A stretch of 64,000 bases of DNA from an uncultured Victivallales bacterium (GTDB taxonomy: Bacteria > Verrucomicrobiota > Lentisphaeria > Victivallales > UBA1829). Shown piece by piece: positions 56,037 through 64,000 of this stretch (its first letter is position 1; the number at the start of each line of letters is the position of its first letter). The stretch spans positions 8,955 to 72,954 of the forward strand of contig CALXRL010000031.1 of assembly GCA_944390735.1 (NCBI GenBank), written 5' to 3'. The translations under genes and the position numbers were made by a program. The notes under the pieces are model-generated. The model saw only the letters and a program-made list of their open reading frames with translations, did no database searches and was not told the origin of the DNA.

Positions 56037-56861
56037 ATGCCGCAACTGATTGAAACGCTCTTCCAGCTTCCCGAATCGAACTTTCCGACACCGTTGAAAC
56101 TCTATTCGGCGGGCATCACGCATCCGGATCCGAACTACCGGATCCACCGGGAGAAGCCGGATCTGATTGTTCTGGAATATGTGGTTTCCGGAGAGGGGCA
56201 TCTGGAGATCGACGGTCTGCGTTACGATGTGACCGCGGGCGATGTCTATCTTCTGCACCCCTACACCTGTCAGGACTATTGGTCCGACCGCTCCCGTCCC
56301 TGGGAGAAGATCTGGTTCAATCTGAACGGAGATCTTGTGAAGAATCTGATTGACGCTTATCAGCTGAAGAACATCACGCTCTTCCGCCGGTGTCCGCTGG
56401 AAGGGGAGTTCCGCGCGGCGCTGGAAATCGTGCGGAAGCGGGAAAAGGGCGCCTATACGGAACTGGCCCTTGCGCTGCATCGGATCTTCGCGGCGTTGAA
56501 TGAATGGCGCCAGGAGCATCCTGAGACGCGGAAGTCGCCGGAGGGACTGAAACTGAAGGAGTTTCTGGACCGGAACTGGCGGAGGGACATTTCCCTGGAG
56601 GAACTCGGAAGGCAGATTTCGCGTTCGCGCTCGCAGGCGATCCGGATCTTCCGCCGCGACTGGCGGACCACGCCGTATCACTACATTCAGGAACAGCGCT
56701 ACCGCCTCGCCCGGGAGTATCTGGAAAACACGGACTGCAAAATCGCCGAAATCGCGGAACTGACCGGTTTCAAGGATGAGTTCTATTTTTCCAACTGGTT
56801 CAAGAACATCGCCGGGATGTCTCCGGCGTTCTACAAGAAGAAGTTCCGCAGTCCTTTCTGA
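56037..56861 (+). CDS. AraC family transcriptional regulator (cupin sensor + HTH)
   Basis: LVLEYVVSGEGHLEIDGLRYDVTAGDVYLLHP is the cupin. ISLEELGRQISRSRSQAIRIFRRDW..IAEIAELTGFKDEFYFSNWFKNIAGMSPAFY is the HTH. Confidence 0.9.
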   Translation: MPQLIETLFQLPESNFPTPLKLYSAGITHPDPNYRIHREKPDLIVLEYVVSGEGHLEIDGLRYDVTAGDVYLLHPYTCQDYWSDRSRPWEKIWFNLNGDLVKNLIDAYQLKNITLFRRCPLEGEFRAALEIVRKREKGAYTELALALHRIFAALNEWRQEHPETRKSPEGLKLKEFLDRNWRRDISLEELGRQISRSRSQAIRIFRRDWRTTPYHYIQEQRYRLAREYLENTDCKIAEIAELTGFKDEFYFSNWFKNIAGMSPAFYKKKFRSPF

Positions 56862-57013
56862 CGCTGCGCAACACCCCCTGCGCTTGGATCGGAAAAACGG
56901 AAGAAACAACGGGAGCGGATTTTCGAACTTGAAAAATCACAATCCGGAAGTATCTTACAGAGAAGATCATCAGGAACGTCTTAACGATTCAACAGCAAAG
57001 AGAGGGCTCAATT

Positions 57014-57730
57014 ATGAAAAAAGCAATGCTGGCTTTTCTTGCGGCAGTACTCGCGGTCACCTGCGGAGTTTCCTTCGCGGCGGAACAGGCGCAGAACGAT
57101 GCGGCCAATCCGGCAAAACGATCCATCTTCCAGATCGGATTCTTTCCGGGGGTTCCGGGCTCGACCAAGTATTACAATGTCTACGGGTTCAAAATCGGCG
57201 CGCCGATGGTTGACGGCTACAACTGGGTTTACGGTGTGGAGGCGTCGGTCCTTTACAGCGGAACGTTCCATATCAAAGGCTGTCAGGCGACTCTGGCGGG
57301 GCCGACCATTGCGATCCGTGTGGAAGGAATGCAGGCGGCCACCGGACCGGCGTTTGTCAAACAGCTGATCGGTTTTCAGGCGTCGCCGTCTCCGGTGATT
57401 CTGGAGTACGGGTACGGCTGTCAGGCGGGTGCGGCCTCCATTGCCAACCGTTTCAAGGGATTCCAGACCGGCGCGGTTACGGTGGCGTACAACCAGCTCG
57501 ACGGTTTCCAGTTCGGCGTGGTGAATATTGTGGATGAGGTTTTCCGGGGCTGCCAGGTGGGTGGAGTCAACATTGTGACCGGTTCGTTCAAAGGCTGTCA
57601 GGTGGGCGTGGTGAATATTGCAACGCAGGGCGGCTTCCAGGTCGGCGGAATCAACATCATGCCCGATGCGCTGATTCCGGTTCTTCCGTTCTTCAACTAT
57701 GCTCCGGCGCCGGAAAAGGCCGCCAGATAA
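57014..57730 (+). CDS. Secreted/lipoprotein-like G-x-Q-x-G-x-x-N repeat surface protein (paralog 1)
   Basis: Signal MKKAMLAFLAAVLAVTCG. Nine G-[CFM]-Q repeats (KGCQATLAG, DGFQFGVVN, RGCQVGGVN, KGCQVGVVN, GGFQVGGIN..). C-terminus IPVLPFFNY. Confidence 0.7.
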   Translation: MKKAMLAFLAAVLAVTCGVSFAAEQAQNDAANPAKRSIFQIGFFPGVPGSTKYYNVYGFKIGAPMVDGYNWVYGVEASVLYSGTFHIKGCQATLAGPTIAIRVEGMQAATGPAFVKQLIGFQASPSPVILEYGYGCQAGAASIANRFKGFQTGAVTVAYNQLDGFQFGVVNIVDEVFRGCQVGGVNIVTGSFKGCQVGVVNIATQGGFQVGGINIMPDALIPVLPFFNYAPAPEKAAR

Positions 57731-57757
57731 CGTCCCATTCAAAGAGGAGAAAAAAAC

Positions 57758-58231
57758 ATGAAATTTTTTCTTTCCATTCTGACGGTGTTTGCTCTGCTGA
57801 CTTCCGTTTATGCGCAGACGGCGCAGAAAGCCGCCGCGCAGGCCCCGGAAAAAACGGGGAGCGATTATGAATTTTTCTCGCTGGCGTTCTTCCCCGGGGT
57901 TTCCACCTCGCCGGACTATGTGGATGTGTATGGAGTGAGACTGGGTGCGCCCGTCTCCTTCGGCGATCATTCGTTTGTGGCGGGTGCGGAACTGGCGGTG
58001 CTTGCCGCGATGACCTCCGGAATTTACGGACTTCAGTCGGCCGGTCTGTTTGTCACGGCGGACCGGGTGGAAGGCGTTCAGTTTTCCATTGTGAACAATG
58101 CGAAAAAGGTGTATGGTCTGCAGCTGGGGCTGGTGAATCTTTCCGAGGATGCGGCGTTCCAGATCGGTCTGGTCAACTACATCAAGAACAGCAAGGTTCC
58201 GTTTCTTCCGATTCTCAATGTCTGCTTCTGA
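57758..58231 (+). CDS. Secreted G-x-Q-x-G-x-x-N repeat surface protein (paralog 2)
   Basis: Signal MKFFLSILTVFALLTSVYA. Repeats YGLQSAGLF, EGVQFSIVN, YGLQLGLVN, AAFQIGLVN. C-terminus VPFLPILNV parallels paralog 1. Confidence 0.7.
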   Translation: MKFFLSILTVFALLTSVYAQTAQKAAAQAPEKTGSDYEFFSLAFFPGVSTSPDYVDVYGVRLGAPVSFGDHSFVAGAELAVLAAMTSGIYGLQSAGLFVTADRVEGVQFSIVNNAKKVYGLQLGLVNLSEDAAFQIGLVNYIKNSKVPFLPILNVCF

Positions 58232-58248
58232 GAGAGGCGCTTTGTTCG

Positions 58249-58282
58249 AACGGACGGCTTTTCCGCCGTCCGTTTTTTTTTA
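58249..58282 (+). terminator. Rho-independent terminator (overlaps the stop of convergent folK)
   Basis: 10-bp stem aacggacggc/gccgtccgtt with a 6-nt loop, followed by a T9 run. Confidence 0.75.
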
Positions 58283-58789
58283 TTTTCCGCTGCAGGGAAC
58301 GCATTCGATTTTCCGGGACCGCCTCCAGATGTCGGCGAGTTCGGAAAAGGTCATATTGAGTCCGGGAAGCGGAAGATCGGGAGCGATTTCCGCGGAGGGC
58401 AGAATCACGAAATCGCGCCTGGTGATCTCCGGATGCGGCAGGGTCAGGCGCTCGGTTTTCCGGATCAGATTTCCCATCACCAGAATATCAATGTCCAGCG
58501 GGCGCGAGACCCAGTGCGGATGATTTGCGGGACGTCCCGCCTCCACTTCCAGACGCTGAATCAGAGTCAGCAGATCCTCCGGCGCCGCGTTCCAGGTTCC
58601 GAGAACAGATCGGTTCCGGAAATCGGGCGCTCCCGGCTCGCATCCCATCGCCGCGCTGCGGTAGATCCGCGAGCATGCGGTCGGATGAAATCCGCCTTTT
58701 TCCAGATTCCGCAGCGCGGAATCAAACGTTTTCTCCACATTGCCGAGATTTCCACCGAAGGAAAGCAGAACCGGATTGGCATCGGTCAT
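58280..58789 (-). CDS. folK: 2-amino-4-hydroxy-6-hydroxymethyldihydropteridine diphosphokinase (HPPK)
   Basis: Start at MTDANPVLLSFGGNLGN. IYRSAAMG, RPLDIDIL, LTLPHPEITRRDFVILP are HPPK blocks. The upstream 96 aa of the track ORF are rejected. Confidence 0.9.
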   Translation of the reverse strand: MTDANPVLLSFGGNLGNVEKTFDSALRNLEKGGFHPTACSRIYRSAAMGCEPGAPDFRNRSVLGTWNAAPEDLLTLIQRLEVEAGRPANHPHWVSRPLDIDILVMGNLIRKTERLTLPHPEITRRDFVILPSAEIAPDLPLPGLNMTFSELADIWRRSRKIECVPCSGK

Positions 58790-59031
58790 GACCGTTATCT
58801 CCTTTTTTGTCTGAAGCGCGGGAAAAGAGAGTTTTTCCCATGTCACGGGATCATACTGCGCAATTCCGGAGGAATCAAGCCGGAAAACGGAGCCGGCCTC
58901 TTTTTTTTCGCATTTTCCTGCGCACGGAAACGGAGAACAGGAAAAGGAGGCTGGAGGGATCGGCAGAGACGTTTTTGAAGTGAAATGTTTCACAATCAAA
59001 AGGTCCCCCATTCTTTCCAATGCGCGGAAAC

Positions 59032-59060
59032 TTGAAAAAAAGCCGGATTGGTGGTATAGT
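59032..59060 (+). promoter_or_regulatory. Sigma70-type promoter of pckG
   Basis: TTGAAA, 17 nt, TATAGT. Located 41 nt upstream of ATG 59101. SD ggagg. Confidence 0.5.
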
Positions 59061-59100
59061 ATGTATTTAAGGTACAAACAACTCTAACCGGAGGTTACGA

Positions 59101-60939
59101 ATGAAAGAAATCAATGCAGCCCCGAACCACGCGAAACTCGTGGCCTGGGTCAAGGAATGGGCCGCCCTGTGCGAGCCTGACGCCATCTACTGGTGCAACG
59201 GAACAAACACGGAATACTATGGACTGTGCGAGGAAATGGTTCAGTCCGGCCTTGCGACCAGACTGAACAGCAAGCTCCGTCCGGACTGCGTTCTTTTCCG
59301 CAGTGATCCGTCCGACGTCGCCCGCGTCGAAGCCCGTACCTTCATCGCTTCCGAAAAAGAGGAAGACGCCGGCCCGACCAACCACTGGATTGATCCCAAG
59401 AAACTCAAAGCGGAAATGACCGCTCTGTACAAGGGCTGCATGCACGGCAGAACCATGTATGTGATTCCGTTCTCGATGGGCCCGGTGGGTTCGAACATTG
59501 CGAAAATCGGCGTGGAGATCACGGACTCCGCTTACGTTGTGATCAACATGCATGTGATGACGCGCGTCGGTGATGCGGTCCTGGATGTTCTCGGCACGGA
59601 TGGGGAATTCGTTCCGTGCGTGCACTCCGTCGGCAAGCCGCTGGAAAACGGCGCGAAGGACAACGGCGTCTGGCCGTGCGCTCCGATGGAAAAGAAATAC
59701 ATCGCCCAGTTCCCGGAAACGAAAGAGATCTGGTCGTTCGGTTCGGGATACGGCGGAAACGCGATTCTCGGAAAGAAATGCCTTGCGCTGCGTATTGCGT
59801 CGGTTCAGGCCCGCGAAGAGGGCTGGATGGCCGAGCACATGCTGATCCTCAAGCTGACGAATCCGGAAGGCAAAGTCAAATATGTCACGGGTGCGTTCCC
59901 GTCGGCCTGCGGCAAGACCAACCTCGCGATGCTCATTCCGACGATTCCGGGCTGGAAAGTCGAAACGATCGGCGACGATATCGCCTGGATGAAGTTCGGC
60001 AAGGACGGCAAACTCTATGCCATCAATCCGGAAAACGGTTTCTTCGGTGTTGCGCCGGGAACCTCGATGCACTCGAACAAGAACGCGATGCTCTCCTGCA
60101 GAAAAGAGACAATCTTCACGAACTGCGCTCTCCGTTCCAACGGCGACATCTGGTGGGAAGGCATCGACATTCCGCTGGAGCCGGGCGAAAAGCTCATCGA
60201 CTGGAAGGGCAATGTCTGGGAAATGGGTCAGACCGATGCGGACGGCAAACCGGTGAAGGCGGCGCATCCGAACGCCCGTTTCTCCGCCCGTGCGAAGAAC
60301 TGCCCGGCGATCGCGTCCAACTGGGAAGATCCTGCCGGCGTTCCGATTGATGCGTTCCTCTTCGGCGGACGTCGTCCCTCTACGCTTCCGCTGGTCTATC
60401 AGGCGCTCTCCTGGGAACATGGTGTGATGATCGGTTCCTCGGTCGGATCCGAAGTGACGGCCGCCGCGCTCGACGTGAAGGCCGGAACGGTCCGTCGCGA
60501 CCCGTTCGCCATGCTTCCGTTCTGCGGCTACAACATGGGCGACTACTTCCAGCACTGGCTCGACATCGGGAAACATCCGGGAGCCCAGCTGCCGAAGATC
60601 TTCTGCGTGAACTGGTTCCGCAAGACCGCCGACGGCAAGTGGCTCTGGCCCGGATTCGGCGACAACAGCCGTGTCCTCAAATGGATCTTCGAACGCTGCG
60701 ACGGCGAAGGCAAAGCGGTGGAAACCCCGATCGGCTACATGCCGACCCTGGATGCCATCGACCGCACCGGCATCGAAAACGAAGTCACCGAAGCCGATAT
60801 GAAAGAGCTTCTCTACTTCGACAAGGAAGGCTGGAAGAAAGAAGTTGAGATGATCAAGGAGCACTACAAGAAGTTCGACCGTCTTCCGGTGGAACTCGCC
60901 AATCAGCTCAAGGCTCTTGAAGCCCGTCTTGAAAAATAA
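59101..60939 (+). CDS. pckG: Phosphoenolpyruvate carboxykinase (GTP)
   Basis: 612 aa. [28 protein letters not shown] (kinase-1a), IGDDIAWM, and [13 protein letters not shown] are GTP-PEPCK signatures. Confidence 0.97.
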   Translation: MKEINAAPNHAKLVAWVKEWAALCEPDAIYWCNGTNTEYYGLCEEMVQSGLATRLNSKLRPDCVLFRSDPSDVARVEARTFIASEKEEDAGPTNHWIDPKKLKAEMTALYKGCMHGRTMYVIPFSMGPVGSNIAKIGVEITDSAYVVINMHVMTRVGDAVLDVLGTDGEFVPCVHSVGKPLENGAKDNGVWPCAPMEKKYIAQFPETKEIWSFGSGYGGNAILGKKCLALRIASVQAREEGWMAEHMLILKLTNPEGKVKYVTGAFPSACGKTNLAMLIPTIPGWKVETIGDDIAWMKFGKDGKLYAINPENGFFGVAPGTSMHSNKNAMLSCRKETIFTNCALRSNGDIWWEGIDIPLEPGEKLIDWKGNVWEMGQTDADGKPVKAAHPNARFSARAKNCPAIASNWEDPAGVPIDAFLFGGRRPSTLPLVYQALSWEHGVMIGSSVGSEVTAAALDVKAGTVRRDPFAMLPFCGYNMGDYFQHWLDIGKHPGAQLPKIFCVNWFRKTADGKWLWPGFGDNSRVLKWIFERCDGEGKAVETPIGYMPTLDAIDRTGIENEVTEADMKELLYFDKEGWKKEVEMIKEHYKKFDRLPVELANQLKALEARLEK

Positions 60940-60958
60940 TACCGCAATTGCGGCAACA

Positions 60959-60995
60959 GCGGGCCTGCCGGATTCTGACCGGCAGCCCGCTTTTT
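60959..60995 (+). terminator. Rho-independent terminator after pckG
   Basis: GC stem gcgggc(c)tgccgg/ccggcagcccgc with one bulge, a 7-nt loop, and a T5 run. Confidence 0.7.
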
Positions 60996-61265
60996 CCTCT
61001 CTCTCCGCACTCCGGACAACGCGGTCCGGATGACGGAAATCTGGCGGGAACAACCGCGGACTGAATCCGCGGAAAGCCGGCCCCGTCCGACAGAGCAGGA
61101 TTCCCTTCACACTTCCCGTTCCGCAGATCGCCGGGAACCATTTTCCGGAGTCCGGACAGGAAATTTTTCCAGAAATTCCGCCGGCTGTTTTTCCCGATGC
61201 CGGGACTTCACCGGAACCAGTTCCGCATCGTCCGGCAACCACGATTCCGGGAAGAAATACAGCAG

Positions 61266-62018
61266 ATGCAGCGGGAAACGAACATTCGATATCTGGAAAG
61301 CGTCGATTCCACAAACACCTATGCGGCCGACCACTTTGACTCGCTGGCTGATGGAACGCTGATCGTTGCCGAAACCCAGAGTTCCGGTCATGGCCGACTG
61401 GGAAGAAAATGGCACTCTCCGCGGGGCAACATCTATGCCTCCTTTGTCATGAAGGATCTGTTCGGGGAGCCGTTTCATGCAACGATGGTCTCCTCCCTGG
61501 CGGTTCTGTCGGTTCTGAACGATCTGGTTCCGGGGCATGGGGCCTACATCAAGTGGCCGAATGACATTTTCATCGGGAACCGGAAACTGAGCGGAGTTCT
61601 CTGCGAAGGCGTGCTCCGGAAGGGAGCGCTGGCGGGGATTATCTGCGGGATCGGAGTGAACGTCAATCTTCCCGAAGAGGAGCTGGAACGGATCGGCCAG
61701 CCGGCAACCTCGCTCCTGATCCAGACAAAATGCAAAATTAATTTAAAAATCTTTGCGGAAAAACTGGCTGTTTATCTGAACTGGTATTATATTATCGGGA
61801 TTAACGACCGGGAACGTCTGTTCGGCTTATGGAAACGGGAAAACCGGATCATCGGCCGGCGCGTAACGCTTCAGCCGCCGCACGGACCAGCCTGCGAAGC
61901 CCTCGTCAGGGATATTTCCGACGACGGCAAACTGCGGATTGAAAAGGAGGACGGCTCCCAGCAGGAATTTGCCTGCGGCGATGTGAAACTCCTTCCCGGC
62001 ATGGAAAACGGTGCGTGA
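61266..62018 (+). CDS. birA: Biotin--[acetyl-CoA-carboxylase] ligase (group I, no HTH)
   Basis: Start at MQRETNIRYLESVDSTN. AETQSSGHGRLGRKWHSPRG, KWPNDI, and KLSGVL are BPL catalytic motifs. The upstream 23 aa of the track ORF are rejected. Confidence 0.9.
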   Translation: MQRETNIRYLESVDSTNTYAADHFDSLADGTLIVAETQSSGHGRLGRKWHSPRGNIYASFVMKDLFGEPFHATMVSSLAVLSVLNDLVPGHGAYIKWPNDIFIGNRKLSGVLCEGVLRKGALAGIICGIGVNVNLPEEELERIGQPATSLLIQTKCKINLKIFAEKLAVYLNWYYIIGINDRERLFGLWKRENRIIGRRVTLQPPHGPACEALVRDISDDGKLRIEKEDGSQQEFACGDVKLLPGMENGA

Positions 62019-62103
62019 CGTCAGATCCTCACGGCGGCCTGTCGCGGGAATCTGACGGAATACACCCGAAAAGAAACACCCCAACAACCAAAGGAAGCAA
62101 GTT

Positions 62104-62340
62104 ATGATCTTGGATGGAATCAAACTGATGGTGCTTGGCATGGGCACCGTGCTGGTGTTCCTGGTCGTGATGATTTTCTTCATGAATCTCCTCGCGAAGG
62201 CTCTGGCTCCGTTTGCCGGCGTTCTGGAAAAAGCAGCGCCCGCTCCGAAAAAGAAAGCCGGAGCAAAAAAGACCGGCGACGACTCTCTGAAAGCGGCAGC
62301 CGCGGCCGCCGCGCTTCAGGCGTATGAATCAGGCAAATAA
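62104..62340 (+). CDS. oadG: Oxaloacetate decarboxylase gamma subunit (OadG family)
   Basis: 78 aa. A single N-terminal TM (LMVLGMGTVLVFLVVMIFFM) followed by an Ala/Lys/Pro-rich tail, placed directly upstream of the carboxyltransferase subunit. Confidence 0.75.
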   Translation: MILDGIKLMVLGMGTVLVFLVVMIFFMNLLAKALAPFAGVLEKAAPAPKKKAGAKKTGDDSLKAAAAAAALQAYESGK

Positions 62341-62370
62341 ACACGAAATATTACTTTGAAAGGACGACAA

Positions 62371-64000
62371 ATGCCAAAAAAAATCAAATTCATGGACTGC
62401 TCTTTCCGTGACGGATTCCAGTCCTGCCTCGGCGCCCGTGTCAAAACCGACGATTTCCTTCCCGCTCTTGAAGCTGCGGTGAAAGCGGGGATCAATCACC
62501 TTGAAATCGGTGGCGGCGCCCGTTTCCAGAGCCTCTATTTCTACTGCCAGGAAGACGCCTTTGAAATGATGGACAAATGGCGCGCGACGGTCGGACCCGG
62601 CGTCAATCTTCAGACCCTTTCCCGCGGCGTGAACGTGGTCGGACTCTCCTCCCAGCCCAGCGACATCATTGATCTGCATGCCAAACTCTTCAAGAAACAC
62701 GGCATGACCACCATCCGCAACTTCGATGCGCTCAACGACGTGCGCAATCTGGATGTTTCCGGAAAAGCCATCGCCCGTCACGGCCTCAAGCACCAGATCA
62801 CCATCACGATGATGGGACTTGCGCCGAACCTGCATGAACCCTATGCGCATACGCCCCAGTTCTACATCGACCGTCTGAAAGAGATCCTCGCCAGCGACAT
62901 TCCGTTTGACAGCCTTGCCTTCAAGGATGCGTCCGGAACCTCCACTCCGGCGACCGTCTACGAGACCATCAAAATGGCGCGCGCCCTTCTCGGCAACGAC
63001 AAGGAGATCCAGTTCCATACGCATGACACCGCCGGAATGGCCGTCTCCTGCAACATGGCCGCGATCGAAGCGGGCGCGGATGTGATCGACCTCGCCATGG
63101 CTCCCCTTTCCGGCGGAACCTGCGAAGCGGATATCCTCACCATGTACCAGAGACTTCGCGGCACCGACTACACGCTCGACATCGATCCGGAACGGATCCT
63201 CGGCGTGGAAAAGATCTTCAAGGAGTGCCTCAAGAACTACTTCATGCCGCCGGAATCCATGCAGGTTTCCCCGGAAATCATCTTCAGCCCGATGCCCGGC
63301 GGAGCGCTGACGGCCAACACCCAGATGATGCGCGACAACAACTGCCTCGACAAATACGACGCCTGTATCGCGGAAATGCGCGAAGTCGTGGCCAAGGGCG
63401 GATTCGGCACCTCTGTGACGCCGGTTTCCCAGTTCTACTTCCAGCAGGCGTTCCGCAACGCCGTCATGGGCAAGAACGCGGACGGCTCCTGGAAACTCGA
63501 TCCGAAAGGCTACGGCAAAATGGTTCTCGGCTACTTCGGCAAAACGCCGGTGGCTCCGGATCCGCAGGTCGTCAAATGGGCGTCCGAGCAGCTCGGTCTT
63601 GAACCGACCACGAAGTCCGTCGTCGAACTGAACGATGCGAATCCCGCGCTCGGAATCAAGCCCGCCACGGAAACGCTGCAGAAGAACAATCTGCCTGTCA
63701 CCGATGAGAACATCTTCATCATCGCCGCCTGCGGAGACAAGGGCCTTGCCTATCTCAAAGGCGATCGTCCGCTTGGAATCCGCTACAACGAGGAGAAGAA
63801 GAAAGCCGCTCCCGCCGGCAAGCTGCCCGCGTCCTATACCGCCACGGTCGATGGAAAATCCTTCAACGTTCAGGTTGTTTCCGCGGATACGGTCACGGTC
63901 GACGGCAAGACCTTCAAGGTCAACGTTGCCACCGGTGCCGCAGCCGCCGCTCCGAAACAGGGTGCCGCTTCTTCCGGCAAGACCTACGAAGTCACCTCTC
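62371..64000 (+). CDS. oadA: Biotin-dependent decarboxylase alpha subunit (OadA/PycB-like carboxyltransferase), 3' end outside window
   Basis: Not in the ORF track because there is no stop within the window. My translation from ATG 62371 gives MPKKIKFMDCSFRDGFQSCLGARV..HLEIGGGARFQ..FHTHDTAGMAVSCNMAAIEAGADVIDLAMAPLSGGT.. and is open to nt 64000. The biotinyl domain is expected beyond the edge. Confidence 0.85.
   Translation, partial: MPKKIKFMDCSFRDGFQSCLGARVKTDDFLPALEAAVKAGINHLEIGGGARFQSLYFYCQEDAFEMMDKWRATVGPGVNLQTLSRGVNVVGLSSQPSDIIDLHAKLFKKHGMTTIRNFDALNDVRNLDVSGKAIARHGLKHQITITMMGLAPNLHEPYAHTPQFYIDRLKEILASDIPFDSLAFKDASGTSTPATVYETIKMARALLGNDKEIQFHTHDTAGMAVSCNMAAIEAGADVIDLAMAPLSGGTCEADILTMYQRLRGTDYTLDIDPERILGVEKIFKECLKNYFMPPESMQVSPEIIFSPMPGGALTANTQMMRDNNCLDKYDACIAEMREVVAKGGFGTSVTPVSQFYFQQAFRNAVMGKNADGSWKLDPKGYGKMVLGYFGKTPVAPDPQVVKWASEQLGLEPTTKSVVELNDANPALGIKPATETLQKNNLPVTDENIFIIAACGDKGLAYLKGDRPLGIRYNEEKKKAAPAGKLPASYTATVDGKSFNVQVVSADTVTVDGKTFKVNVATGAAAAAPKQGAASSGKTYEVTS

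Noticed and set aside
1-64000. Search for tRNA/rRNA genes, transposases, integrases, phage or defence-system genes
   Set aside because: None recognised. Intergenic regions are short and hold only promoters, terminators and the repeat at about 50 kb. No cloverleaf-like sequences were noticed, though a tRNAscan/Rfam run would be the decisive check.

Overview
GC-rich 64-kb bacterial chromosomal segment with about 50 protein genes. I recognised no rRNA, tRNA, CRISPR array, transposase or phage gene. By inference, the gene content fits an anaerobic, glycan-degrading member of the PVC superphylum (Lentisphaerota/Kiritimatiellota-like). The evidence is four pseudopilin-like '[16 protein letters not shown]' (DUF1559/H-X9-DG type) genes, dense secreted CAZyme-like proteins, and a divergent FtsZ beside FtsA. 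Housekeeping blocks are: a SAM cycle cluster (metK, PfkB/adenosine-kinase-like, ahcY); a minus-strand run ftsA-ftsZ-M28 peptidase-HIT-mtnP; uxuA; nrdR-ClC channel; folK; pckG; birA; and oadG plus a 3'-truncated oadA-like gene at the right edge. The left edge carries a 5'-truncated discoidin/CBM32-like gene. Accessory highlights: (1) An orphan glycyl-radical-enzyme operon (SASA-type esterase, short 702-aa GRE, activase, CMD/AhpD-like protein) under a divergent AraC regulator, flanked by two signal-peptide-less glycosidase-like genes. (2) Three colinear cassettes of AraR-type (GntR-HTH + LacI-type sensor) regulator -> pseudopilin-like protein lacking the Gly(-1) prepilin cleavage residue -> secreted CAZyme(s), plus a fourth orphan pseudopilin-like gene. 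(3) An isolated IscU/NifU-like + GGGtGRT-family bicistron with its own promoter, terminator and a nearby palindrome. (4) A duplicated 126-nt hairpin-rich non-coding element between convergent genes. Many long ORFs in the track are antisense shadows of real genes, typical of high GC, and were rejected. All family assignments come from motif recognition by eye. No database search was run.
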